Both the position numbers and the translations under genes were made by a program. A stretch of 64,000 nucleotides of DNA from a virus (taxonomy: Duplodnaviria > Caudoviricetes), in the IMG/VR virus record IMGVR_UViG_3300023048_000001, positions 1 through 64,000 of that record, one strand, 5' to 3'. The notes below the pieces were generated by a model, which ran no database searches, was not told where the DNA came from, and saw only the letters and a program-made list of their open reading frames with translations. Positions 20,708-29,758 of this stretch are shown piece by piece (position 1 is the stretch's first letter; every line of letters begins with the position of its first letter).

Positions 20708-21311
20708 ATCCCCGTTCATCCTAAGAGAAGATTTCATTTCACCTGAGTGGTGTGAAGAAATTATTTTATCTTTGAAACACAATGTCCCTAATAGGGACAT
20801 TAAAAAGAATCCCATCAAGACCATGAAATTTAATGCTCTTGCTGAACTACGTCTGTTACCTAAGGTTGATGACCTTTTAGATGAAGCAGAAGAATATTAT
20901 GGCTTCACTGCTGTAGACACAAAACAATTTGTGTTTGAATGGTACACTGAAGGTTATAATGCAATCACTCCCACCTCGGACAATTCTAATTTTTTTGCTG
21001 GTAAGTGGCATAAGATGAAAGATATTGACTTTACAATCATTATCTTCTTATCATCCTCAAAGGGTAGCGACTTACGTGATACGTTCGTTGAATCATTTGG
21101 TGGTGAGCTAGAATTCATTAACCATGATTTGACAATCAAACCTAAAGCGGGCACAATGGTTATGTTCCCCTCAAACCATTATTTCTTGAACACTGTGTCT
21201 AGCGTGTCTCTAGGAAATAGCAACATGATCCGAATCCATGTAACAGCAAGCACACCATTCCAATACTCACCTAATGATTATCAGGGTGACCATAGAGTTT
21301 GGTTTAAATAG
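20691..21311 (+). CDS. 2OG-Fe(II) oxygenase / prolyl-4-hydroxylase-fold protein, metal ligands apparently lost
   Basis: Fold motifs IIFLS...FGGELEF...IKPKAGTMVMFPS; the expected HxD reads TSD and the distal His position reads N. Confidence 0.7.
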   Translation: MSNKYKSPFILREDFISPEWCEEIILSLKHNVPNRDIKKNPIKTMKFNALAELRLLPKVDDLLDEAEEYYGFTAVDTKQFVFEWYTEGYNAITPTSDNSNFFAGKWHKMKDIDFTIIIFLSSSKGSDLRDTFVESFGGELEFINHDLTIKPKAGTMVMFPSNHYFLNTVSSVSLGNSNMIRIHVTASTPFQYSPNDYQGDHRVWFK

Positions 21312-21319
21312 GAAGCACC

Positions 21320-21445
21320 ATGAGTTTTAATTTAATTCTAGATGTTGAGTCGAATGTAGATAATGTGACAATTTCGGTTGATCCGTTTCTTCAGGTTGAA
21401 ACAACAGAAGATATTCTCAATATTAATTTCACAACAACTAACTAA
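21320..21445 (+). CDS. Small 41-aa ORF absent from the ORF track
   Basis: AGGAAG RBS, ATG 21320, MSFNLILDVESNVDNVTISVDPFLQVETTEDILNINFTTTN, TAA; fills the intergenic gap. Confidence 0.5.
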   Translation: MSFNLILDVESNVDNVTISVDPFLQVETTEDILNINFTTTN

Positions 21446-21456
21446 GGTAATTTAAG

Positions 21457-21780
21457 ATGACTACAAAGAAAGAAGATTCCTCATTTATCGTTCCAAGCAG
21501 CCCAACAGACCGCAAGGCGATTCGCGAAAAGATTATTGAAATCAGTAAACTTCTAATTGAAATCAAGGATTTGAATTCAGCAAAGAAGGATTTCGCCAAT
21601 GATCTATATGAGAATTTCAAGGTTCCAAAGAAGTTGATTAATAAGCTTGCAAAGGCTCAGATGGATCACAACTATACCGAAGTGACTGAAGAGAATTCAA
21701 CCTTCGAATTGATTGCAGAAGCTATCATGACCACAACTGGTCCTGCACCAGCAGCACCAACAGCTTCAGACGAAGACTGA
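21457..21780 (+). CDS. dsDNA-binding protein (T4 DsbA-like)
   Basis: Helical 107-aa protein, IIEIS...KKD...ENFKVPKKLINKLAK pattern, adjacent to replication genes. Confidence 0.65.
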   Translation: MTTKKEDSSFIVPSSPTDRKAIREKIIEISKLLIEIKDLNSAKKDFANDLYENFKVPKKLINKLAKAQMDHNYTEVTEENSTFELIAEAIMTTTGPAPAAPTASDED

Positions 21781-21809
21781 TTGTTAAAACAAACTAGGTT
21801 AGATATACT
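21781..21809 (+). promoter_or_regulatory. Sigma70-like promoter for the DNA polymerase operon
   Basis: TTGTTA (21781-86), 17 nt spacer, TATACT (21804-09). Confidence 0.5.
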
Positions 21810-21841
21810 AAGGTGGGCAGAAATGCCCACCTTTTGTTTTT
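21810..21841 (+). terminator. Intrinsic terminator hairpin
   Basis: AAGGTGGGCA-GAAA-TGCCCACCTT followed by TTGTTTT. Confidence 0.75.
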
Positions 21842-21850
21842 GGAGAGAGT

Positions 21851-24451
21851 ATGACATATATTTCAGCAGCGTTAACGGAAGACAGGAAGCATGTCGCCGT
21901 TTGGGAGCGTGATGACGCTGGCCTTAGATCGACTAAGTATTATGATGCACCATATTACTTCTACACTGAAGATAAGAATGGTAAGTATAAAGATATTTAC
22001 GGTAAAAAGTTAAAGAAAACTGAGTTTGCTTCTTCTCGTGAATTTTATGATGAAAGAAAGCGAAACAAAGAAGATGGTATCTCGATGTATGAATCAGATA
22101 TCCAACCACACTATAAGGTTATTTCTGAACATTATTATCAGAAGCCTGTAGGTAAGCTAAACTTTACCCTATTCGATATTGAGACGGACTATGATCCGGC
22201 TAGAGGCTATGGGTCAACTGACAATCCACACGATCCAGTAAGTGCAATTTCTATCTATCATCATCATTTAGATAAAATGCTGGTGTTTGCTGTACTTCCT
22301 AGTAATGATAAGTGGACAAAGAAAGATGTTCCAGATGACCTTAAAGCACTATCAACCATCATAATTTGTAAAAATGAAAAGGAACTTCTTGAAAGATTTC
22401 TAGATGAGATTCAAGACTCTGATATCATCAGTGGTTGGAATAGTTCGTTCTTCGACGTTCCATATCTCTATATGAGAATGAAGAAATACTACAGTGAAGC
22501 AATGGCTAATCGCCTATCCTTCTATGATGCACCAAAGCCAAGAACTAAGGAAATTGAAGTATACGCCGGACAGACTCAGCTACAGGTTGATATCTTTGGT
22601 CGTGTGCATATCGATTACCTTGAGCTATTTAAGAAGTTAGAACAGACCACGAGACCATCATTCTCATTGGAAGCTATCTCTGAAGAGATTATGCCCGAAC
22701 TAACCAAGTTGTCTTATGAGGGAACATTGTTCACGTTGTATCATGACAATTTTCCAGAGTTCTTAAGATACAACGTTAGAGATACGGAAGTTCTAAAGGG
22801 TTTTGAAGAAAAGCTAGGCTACATGGAAGTCGCAATTCTTTCCTATCACTCAAATACTTCGTTGATGAACGATACTTTAGGAACGGTTAAGAACGTTGAA
22901 TGTGCGATGATTAATCGTTGTCATTATAAGATGGATGCTCGTGCGCCAGATTCAAAAGAGCCTGACTATCGTAATGGTAATGAGAAATTCGCTGGTGCCC
23001 TTGTTCTTGATCCTATTGTAGGTATGCATAAGTGGGTGTTCTCGGTAGACGTTAACTCACTATATCCTTCAGCACTCAGAACCCTGAACGCAAGTCCAGA
23101 AACGATTGTTGGTCAGTTCCACAATGATTTCGTAGCTTTCGATGAAATCACAGAAAAGACCGATAGACGATTGACTTTGTTGTTAGAGAATGGTGATAGT
23201 GAAACGCATGAAGCGCGCGAATGGCCTGTAATTTTCAAGTCACGTCAGTGGTGTTTAAGCGGGTTTGGTACAGTATTCTCACAGGAAGTCAAAGGATTCA
23301 TTCCTGAAATTCTGGAAGAATGGTATTCAGATAGAAAAATCTTCAAAGCTAAGAAGTCAGAAGCTAAGAAGAAGGCCGCAGAATATCCTAAGGGTTCACC
23401 AGAAAATCTTAAGTATGAGCAAGAAGCCGCTTACTATGATCGAGTACAGACGATTAAGAAGCTTCTCCTTAACTCAACCTATGGTTGCTTGGGTAATCAG
23501 TTCTTCAAGTTCTATGATATTCGTTTAGCAGAATCAACCACTCGTACTGGTCGTGCTGCACTGATGCACATGGTAAAGACTGTTGCGTATCACCTAGACG
23601 GCGAATATACGTATCCATCACCATCATGCATCTATTCAGATACAGACTCATGTTATGCGCTGGCCCCTGTTGAAACTCTTGAAGAGGCAGTGAAGGTTGC
23701 CAAGATCATTGAGAAGAAAGTAAACAATTCATTCCCTAAATTTTCCGAGGATGTATTATTCTGTTCAAAGGATTACCAGAGTCTTATCAAGGCCGAGTTG
23801 GATACCATTGCTGATAACAGCATCTTCGTAAAGAAGAAGTTCTATATCATGCATTTGCTATATGCCGATGGAGCCCCATCCGAAAAGATGAAGGTTATGG
23901 GTCTTCAGATTAAGAAGACAACCATTCCTAAGCCAATTAGTAAGAAGCTAACAGCCTTTCTTGAAGACTTTCTCAAGGGTAAAGACTGGAAGATCATTGC
24001 TAAGGAAGTGGTGGCCTACAAGGAAGATTTGATTCAGCAAGAAGTAATGAATGTTGGTCTTCCTAAGGGTATTAAAGGTATTGAAGGTTACACGATGCGT
24101 TTCAATGCTAAGGAACCTAATCTAAGACTTCCGGGTCACGTTGCAGCAGCCATGTTCTATAACAAGTGCTTGGAGGTGTATGGAGACAAGGAATCACCAA
24201 AAATTATTTCTGGAAACAAAATCAAGACCTATTATCTTACAAAGAAGTTTGATATCTTCAAAAGTATTGCTCTTCCTACAGACTTGAAGCATCCACCAGA
24301 ATGGTTCACCAAGCATTTCGCACACTTGATTGACCGTGAAGGGCAGTTAACCAGATTGGTAGATAAACCACTACAATCTATTCTAACAGCAATCGGTGAG
24401 TACTCGCCAACACCGCGTACAATTATCATGGATGAAATGTTTGAGTATTAA
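21851..24451 (+). CDS. Family B DNA polymerase (T4 gp43-like)
   Basis: Exonuclease FDIET and GWNSSFFD; polymerase DVNSLYPS, KKLLLNSTYG, YSDTDS. Confidence 0.97.
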   Translation: MTYISAALTEDRKHVAVWERDDAGLRSTKYYDAPYYFYTEDKNGKYKDIYGKKLKKTEFASSREFYDERKRNKEDGISMYESDIQPHYKVISEHYYQKPVGKLNFTLFDIETDYDPARGYGSTDNPHDPVSAISIYHHHLDKMLVFAVLPSNDKWTKKDVPDDLKALSTIIICKNEKELLERFLDEIQDSDIISGWNSSFFDVPYLYMRMKKYYSEAMANRLSFYDAPKPRTKEIEVYAGQTQLQVDIFGRVHIDYLELFKKLEQTTRPSFSLEAISEEIMPELTKLSYEGTLFTLYHDNFPEFLRYNVRDTEVLKGFEEKLGYMEVAILSYHSNTSLMNDTLGTVKNVECAMINRCHYKMDARAPDSKEPDYRNGNEKFAGALVLDPIVGMHKWVFSVDVNSLYPSALRTLNASPETIVGQFHNDFVAFDEITEKTDRRLTLLLENGDSETHEAREWPVIFKSRQWCLSGFGTVFSQEVKGFIPEILEEWYSDRKIFKAKKSEAKKKAAEYPKGSPENLKYEQEAAYYDRVQTIKKLLLNSTYGCLGNQFFKFYDIRLAESTTRTGRAALMHMVKTVAYHLDGEYTYPSPSCIYSDTDSCYALAPVETLEEAVKVAKIIEKKVNNSFPKFSEDVLFCSKDYQSLIKAELDTIADNSIFVKKKFYIMHLLYADGAPSEKMKVMGLQIKKTTIPKPISKKLTAFLEDFLKGKDWKIIAKEVVAYKEDLIQQEVMNVGLPKGIKGIEGYTMRFNAKEPNLRLPGHVAAAMFYNKCLEVYGDKESPKIISGNKIKTYYLTKKFDIFKSIALPTDLKHPPEWFTKHFAHLIDREGQLTRLVDKPLQSILTAIGEYSPTPRTIIMDEMFEY

Positions 24452-24488
24452 AATTAACCGTGACATAATGTCAAAAATGAGCTAAATA

Positions 24489-25229
24489 ATGGAAAAATTA
24501 GATAAAAGAATTGTTGACTATATTCAGTCGGTGATCAAAACCTGCACAATGTGCAACATTGATCAGGTATCGATTGAAACTAACATTGTTAGAGGTCAGG
24601 CCATTGATAGCGGTAAGAATATCATTCTCTTCACGGAGAGTGATATTCCTGCCAATCTACCATTTACCGCACTTGGTATTGGTAGAGTCAAGGTCTTTTC
24701 ATCCCGTGTTTCAGTATTGAATCCAGATGAATTGGAAATTTCCTTCGAAAGTAAGGATATGGACAATGGCGATAAAGTAGCCAAGAAGCTTTTGCTTAAG
24801 AGTAAGAGAACAAAGTTTGATTTCTCTTGTACTACTCCTACGCAAATCAAAGCACCAAAAAAGTATGGTGATACACCGGGATATATTTTTAAGGTTGGTG
24901 AAGAAACCTTACGTGTCATCACCAAGGCATCAGCAGCCATGGAAATGAAGAAGATTTCTTTCTCAAATGAGAAAGATGGTTCAGTCAGATTCGTAGCAGC
25001 AGATGATGAAGGTGATATGTTGAACCATACCATTGCAACCAGTTATGAGGTTTGTGATGGTGTAGATAATGAAAATTTCTTCTACAGTTACGACACAAAA
25101 GATATTCTTCCTCTGTTTAAGACGGCATTGGGTAACAATGATTATGTTGAAGTTTCAATCTCACGTCAGCGCGGTATTATGGAATTTAATATCAACAATA
25201 TGAGACTGCTAGTAATCCCTGAGAAATAA
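24489..25229 (+). CDS. Probable sliding clamp (gp45-like)
   Basis: 246 aa, two-domain beta-rich pattern, between the polymerase and RNase H genes; divergent, so the call rests on size and context. Confidence 0.55.
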   Translation: MEKLDKRIVDYIQSVIKTCTMCNIDQVSIETNIVRGQAIDSGKNIILFTESDIPANLPFTALGIGRVKVFSSRVSVLNPDELEISFESKDMDNGDKVAKKLLLKSKRTKFDFSCTTPTQIKAPKKYGDTPGYIFKVGEETLRVITKASAAMEMKKISFSNEKDGSVRFVAADDEGDMLNHTIATSYEVCDGVDNENFFYSYDTKDILPLFKTALGNNDYVEVSISRQRGIMEFNINNMRLLVIPEK

Positions 25230-25237
25230 GGATAGAT

Positions 25238-25534
25238 ATGATTAAATTAATTAAAGACTTCTTTGAATATAAGAAGAGAGCAAGAGTAGAAACCTCTACT
25301 AAGCCACATTTCACCATGAACACCGTTGCTGGTGAAAATGATGATGTCAAGGATGGGTTTAAGGTTGAGATGGACTGGAATAAAGCATTCATTGATCAGC
25401 TTCGTAGTGCCGGTTATCAGGGCATCAATGATGAAAAGGTCATCGAGGCTTACCTGTACAAGATTTTCTCTACCGCACGTTCGAAGAGTTTCTTGGATCA
25501 AGATTTGCTGAACTATGAGCCTAAAGACGAATGA
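25238..25534 (+). CDS. Hypothetical protein
   Basis: 98-aa ORF with AAGGA RBS, overlapping the next gene. Confidence 0.6.
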   Translation: MIKLIKDFFEYKKRARVETSTKPHFTMNTVAGENDDVKDGFKVEMDWNKAFIDQLRSAGYQGINDEKVIEAYLYKIFSTARSKSFLDQDLLNYEPKDE

Positions 25535-26502
25535 AGACATATTTACTTGTAGACATGTCTAATATTTTGTATAGAGCATTCTATGCAAATATTAGAGAAG
25601 ATGAAGACATTCTAGTTAGCATGTGCCATCACTCTGGTCTAATGACCATGCAGTATCTAAACAACAAGTATAATCCTGATGAAATCGTTGCAGTATTTGA
25701 CTCCACGTCATGGAGAAAGGCATACACCAAGTATGCCTCCATTAGCCATAAGAAGTACAAAGGAAATAGACGCCAGAACCTTACTGTAAGGCAGCAGGAA
25801 CAGTTGGCAGTCTTTGATAACCACATTGTGGAGTTCTATGAATTCATTAGGGATCATTCATCCTTAATTGTTCTGAAAGCTCCTATGTTAGAATGTGATG
25901 ACCTTGTAGCTGAGTTTATTGACTCTCATCCTGACGATAAACATATCTTGATCAGTACCGATAAAGACTTTATGCAGTTGTTGGATAATAAGAATGTAAC
26001 TTTGATCGAACCTGATAAAGAGAAGCAAAGAACTCTTGATGACTGGAATGGTGACTCAAAGCATTTTATGTTTGAGAAATGCATCCGTGGTGATACATCA
26101 GATAACGTTCAATCTTCTTATCCAAAGATTCGTAAAACTAAGATTGATGAGGCATATACTGATTCATATTTAAGAACTAATCTTATGAATCATGAATTCG
26201 ATGTTGAAGTCCTACAGGATGATGGAACTATGAAAACACATCATTATAAAACTGAAGACCTTTACATTGAAAATATATTGTTGATGGATTTGAGACAGCA
26301 GCCACCAGAAATTAAAAGAACAATGAAGAAGGCTGTAACAAAAGCTCTTAAAGAAAGAGGAACCTTCAATCTCATCCAATTCTATAAATTCTGTGGTAAG
26401 CATGAGCTTGAACGAATTCAGGACAACCCAAAGACCATCACTAAGATGCTTAATACAAGGGCTAAGCCCGAGTTTGGTGATTTAGGTGATATCTTCGGTT
26501 AA
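25531..26502 (+). CDS. rnh: 5'-3' exonuclease / T4 RNase H-like flap nuclease
   Basis: LLVD...YRAF, VFD...WRK, YKGNR, ECDDLVA, STDKDFMQL, GDTSDNV. Confidence 0.9.
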   Translation: MKTYLLVDMSNILYRAFYANIREDEDILVSMCHHSGLMTMQYLNNKYNPDEIVAVFDSTSWRKAYTKYASISHKKYKGNRRQNLTVRQQEQLAVFDNHIVEFYEFIRDHSSLIVLKAPMLECDDLVAEFIDSHPDDKHILISTDKDFMQLLDNKNVTLIEPDKEKQRTLDDWNGDSKHFMFEKCIRGDTSDNVQSSYPKIRKTKIDEAYTDSYLRTNLMNHEFDVEVLQDDGTMKTHHYKTEDLYIENILLMDLRQQPPEIKRTMKKAVTKALKERGTFNLIQFYKFCGKHELERIQDNPKTITKMLNTRAKPEFGDLGDIFG

Positions 26503-26915
26503 GGTGTAGGTGGTTGGGTAGGATGATTATTTGATTCAGCCCAATCAAGCTTACTGAAGTTTACGGTTTCCCAACGTTTACCTGTAGCGGTATACAAGCC
26601 AAAGATTCCCGTGGAAAGACCGATGATAGTAGTCACAAAAGTAGATTGGGCTGGTGTTGGGCCACCCACTACATCAACGATAGTACAAGCTAATCCTTGT
26701 GCCTGATGCAACGCCATCCCACCATCAATAAATATCTTTAGAACAGCAGCATCACATTTCTGTTGCATGAACGTTGGGATAGATTTATACCACATGTATA
26801 GGTTGACCACCATCGCGCCATATGCGATAAGCATACCTCTAGGAATGATACGCCATGCATCGATGCTTTCGGCAGCGATGAGTGAAATTTTTCTGATTCT
26901 TGTTAGCTTATCCAT
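26499..26915 (-). CDS. Two-TM membrane protein, putative holin
   Basis: DAWRIIPR followed by a hydrophobic helix, second helix FVTTIIGLSTGIFGLY; late promoter AATAAATA at 26938-26945. Confidence 0.5.
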   Translation of the reverse strand: MDKLTRIRKISLIAAESIDAWRIIPRGMLIAYGAMVVNLYMWYKSIPTFMQQKCDAAVLKIFIDGGMALHQAQGLACTIVDVVGGPTPAQSTFVTTIIGLSTGIFGLYTATGKRWETVNFSKLDWAESNNHPTQPPTP

Positions 26916-26957
26916 GGTCCGTAAGTCTGTTTCCTAATATTTATTTTTATTGTTGAA

Positions 26958-27707
26958 ATGCCAAGAAAGAAAAGAGTTCTCCCACCTAAAAAGGGCGGTC
27001 GCCCTCGTCGCTGTCTTCCATTCGAAGAAGCACGTTTTATTATATTAAATGAAAGACTTTCTTCTTCAAGAGAGTACGCTAAATGGTGGCTGTTCAATAA
27101 ACCAGTCAGAATCCCTAAGAGACCTGATCGTGCCTATGAGAAAGATTGGCAGGGATGGAATTATTTCCTAGGAACACACAATATCTTTCCACAGAAACGT
27201 ATTGCTACCCGACCATTCGAAGAAGCCAAGGCTTTTGTTAGATCATTGCGATTATCTACAATCGAAGACTGGAATCTTTATATTAAAAGTGGTAATCTGC
27301 CACTCGACATACCAAGAAGACCAGATTTTTGTTATCGTGAATCTAAGAAGGTTGAGCGTGGTGGTGTTTGGTACAGTTGGAGTGATTGGCTAGGCTCTAA
27401 GAGTATGGCAAATCAAATTGAAGCAGTCAGATCACAAATATTAGCCATTTTGATTGTTAAGCCTGATCAGGTTCCTTCTAATGTATATCAGTTCGTCTCG
27501 GTGAGAGGTTTCGATATAGATATTAAGGACAAGATTAAAAGAGAAGGCTTACAAGTTTTAAGAGGCTATGAAATGGGAGACTTTGATTGGAATAAGGCAT
27601 TAAAGTCAAAATACCAGAATTATTATGGTGTGGCAGATCATTTCACAATTAGTAATGTTAATGATGTGTTCTATTTTTTTGACATGAATATGAAAAGGTA
27701 CGTTTAA
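26958..27707 (+). CDS. DNA-binding protein with two integrase-repeat-like units
   Basis: Duplicated PFEEA...L.S...IP.RPD..Y...W..W..FLG/WLG unit; basic N-terminus with GRPR. Confidence 0.55.
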   Translation: MPRKKRVLPPKKGGRPRRCLPFEEARFIILNERLSSSREYAKWWLFNKPVRIPKRPDRAYEKDWQGWNYFLGTHNIFPQKRIATRPFEEAKAFVRSLRLSTIEDWNLYIKSGNLPLDIPRRPDFCYRESKKVERGGVWYSWSDWLGSKSMANQIEAVRSQILAILIVKPDQVPSNVYQFVSVRGFDIDIKDKIKREGLQVLRGYEMGDFDWNKALKSKYQNYYGVADHFTISNVNDVFYFFDMNMKRYV

Positions 27708-27731
27708 GCCGGTTCACGCTTTTCTAACCCC

Positions 27732-27739
27732 CATAAATA
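27732..27739 (+). promoter_or_regulatory. Late promoter (CATAAATA)
   Basis: 39 nt upstream of ATG 27779. Confidence 0.6.
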
Positions 27740-27778
27740 TTTTCGACTAAACGAATATATTTTAAGGAGAGGATAGTC

Positions 27779-28237
27779 ATGACTCAGAACGTACCCCATG
27801 TAACAGCACTAGATTTGTTTAACAACGGTATTGACTACGAAGTAGTTGTACTAAAGCAGGATCGTAATAACGGTGACGTATATTTCATCAGAACCGATTA
27901 CCTTGACGAAATTGACTACCAGCGTATCGGCCAGATTTTAACTCGCAGAGATGCAGGTCGTATGGAAGCTTGGGATTTATTCAGCGGCATTACCCTAGGT
28001 AATGGCATGAATGCTCTTGAATACTTCCACCAGTTTGTAAAGGTAAAGACTCGCTCAGGCGAAATCATGGCACCAAACCCACGCCGTCAGGGTTCAGCAG
28101 CACCTAAGCTTCTAAATGCACAGTCATTTGCTCAGGCAGCAGCACAGAATAGAGCAAATGCTGCAAATGAGACTGCCACCCAGCAGGCCGCAGCACCAAA
28201 GAAGGCTGGTCGTCCACCAAAACAAGATAAGCAGTAA
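27779..28237 (+). CDS. Hypothetical late protein with C-terminal AT-hook-like KKAGRPPK
   Basis: 152 aa; strong AAGGAG/GAGG RBS. Confidence 0.65.
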   Translation: MTQNVPHVTALDLFNNGIDYEVVVLKQDRNNGDVYFIRTDYLDEIDYQRIGQILTRRDAGRMEAWDLFSGITLGNGMNALEYFHQFVKVKTRSGEIMAPNPRRQGSAAPKLLNAQSFAQAAAQNRANAANETATQQAAAPKKAGRPPKQDKQ

Positions 28238-28263
28238 TAAATCACTGTTAAATCAAGTTTAAT

Positions 28264-28289
28264 GAAAGGGTAGGATTTCCTACCCTTTC
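28264..28289 (+). terminator. Hairpin, likely a leaky terminator or RNA stability element
   Basis: GAAAGGGTAGGA-TT-TCCTACCCTTTC with only a short T tract. Confidence 0.6.
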
Positions 28290-28321
28290 CGTTTAAAACC
28301 ATTTAAAAATAGAGGATAATA

Positions 28322-29719
28322 ATGGATACAAACTCAATTTTCGTACAAATTGCTAGTTACCGTGATCACCAGCTAATCCCAACGCTGCTAGACATGGTAT
28401 CAAAAGCATCATCACCAGAATTACTAAGAGTTACCGTTTGCTGGCAGCATGCCGCTGACGAAACTATTGAAGATTTCGTAGATAATGGATTCGATGTCGT
28501 CTCCACCGATGAAATCCTAGGCGATAAGGTTCATAGCCTAACAGTCAAGGGAGCTAAGGTCGAGTTAATCGACTTGCATTATCTTTCAACTCATGGCGCT
28601 TGCTGGGCACGTAATAAGATTCAGCAGCATTACCAAAATGAGAAATACACCCTACAGCTTGATTCCCACCATAGATTCGTTGAGAAGTGGGATTCTCAAT
28701 TGATTGATATGTTGGAGTCTGTAAGAGACGTAAGTCCGAAGCCTCTATTGACGGCTTACATCCCTTCTTTTGATCCAGAAAATGATCCAGAAGGTCGTGT
28801 ACAGGAACCTTGGAAGATGGACTTTGATCGTTTTATTCCAGAAGGTGCCGTATTCTTCCGTCCATCAACTATTGATGACTGGCGTGAACGTGATAAGCCA
28901 ATGCTTTCCCGCTTCTACAGCGCACACTTTGCCTTCGCTGATGGTTCATTTGCCACTGAAGTACAGCATGATCCAGAATACTTCTTCCATGGTGAAGAGA
29001 TTTCAATCGGTGTTCGTGCATTTACTCATGGCTACGATCTATACCACCCACACCGTACCGTTGCATGGCACGAATATACCCGCAAGGGACGTGTAAAGGT
29101 TTGGGATGACCACACTACCCAGCAGAAAGTAAAGGGTAAGATTAATGAAGATTGGCTAGAAAGAAACAACAGTTGCCATGCACGTAACCGTATTCTTTTC
29201 GGCATGGATGGTCAAGACCCATCACAGATTGATTTTGGTAAGTATGGTTTTGGTACTGTACGTACTGTAAAGCAGTTCGAAGAGTATGCAGGTATGAGCT
29301 TCAAGCTACGTGGTGTTCAGCAGAAGGTTCTAGATAATGTTGAACCAACTCTTGACTACCAGACTTACGAGACTGATGAAGAGTTTAAAGCAACTATTGC
29401 TCGCTCAAATGATATCCGTGTATGTATCCACAAGAATGACGTTACATGGTTTAACCCGGATACCCAGCAGGTAGAGAAGTATCCCGACACCGATTTCGAT
29501 TTCTGGTATGTTGGTGCACATGATGCTGATGGTGTTGAAATCTACCGTAAGGACTTGTCCGAAGGTGAGATTGCTACATACTTAAAGAACGGTGAGTGGA
29601 TCGATTATCGCTTCATCTTTATGTGTGATCCGAATAAAATTGCGAAGACTTATACGGTCCTTCCTCATAGTAAATCTAAGGAATGGCTAGAAAGAATTGT
29701 ACGCTCAGCAGATAGCTGA
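28322..29719 (+). CDS. GT60-family polypeptide alpha-N-acetylglucosaminyltransferase (Gnt1/Gnt2-like)
   Basis: IFVQIASYRD, GACWAR, LQLDSHHRF..WD, FYSAHFAF, HDPEYFFHGEEI..RAFTHGYDLYHP, WHEY are hallmark motifs of the GT60 (Pfam GlcNAc) family. Confidence 0.88.
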   Translation: MDTNSIFVQIASYRDHQLIPTLLDMVSKASSPELLRVTVCWQHAADETIEDFVDNGFDVVSTDEILGDKVHSLTVKGAKVELIDLHYLSTHGACWARNKIQQHYQNEKYTLQLDSHHRFVEKWDSQLIDMLESVRDVSPKPLLTAYIPSFDPENDPEGRVQEPWKMDFDRFIPEGAVFFRPSTIDDWRERDKPMLSRFYSAHFAFADGSFATEVQHDPEYFFHGEEISIGVRAFTHGYDLYHPHRTVAWHEYTRKGRVKVWDDHTTQQKVKGKINEDWLERNNSCHARNRILFGMDGQDPSQIDFGKYGFGTVRTVKQFEEYAGMSFKLRGVQQKVLDNVEPTLDYQTYETDEEFKATIARSNDIRVCIHKNDVTWFNPDTQQVEKYPDTDFDFWYVGAHDADGVEIYRKDLSEGEIATYLKNGEWIDYRFIFMCDPNKIAKTYTVLPHSKSKEWLERIVRSADS

Positions 29720-29726
29720 GCGTCAC

Positions 29727-29734
29727 AATAAATA
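29727..29734 (+). promoter_or_regulatory. Late promoter (AATAAATA) for the carbamoyltransferase-GT operon
   Basis: 24 nt upstream of ATG 29759, the same spacing as for structural genes. Confidence 0.65.
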
Positions 29735-29758
29735 CCGGTATAAGAATAAAGAGAAAAC

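Noticed and set aside
21851-24451. Intein or intron in the DNA polymerase
   Set aside because: 866 aa with contiguous motifs and no splicing signatures.
26958-27707. Integrase
   Set aside because: Only repeat units are present, with no tyrosine or serine recombinase catalytic domain.
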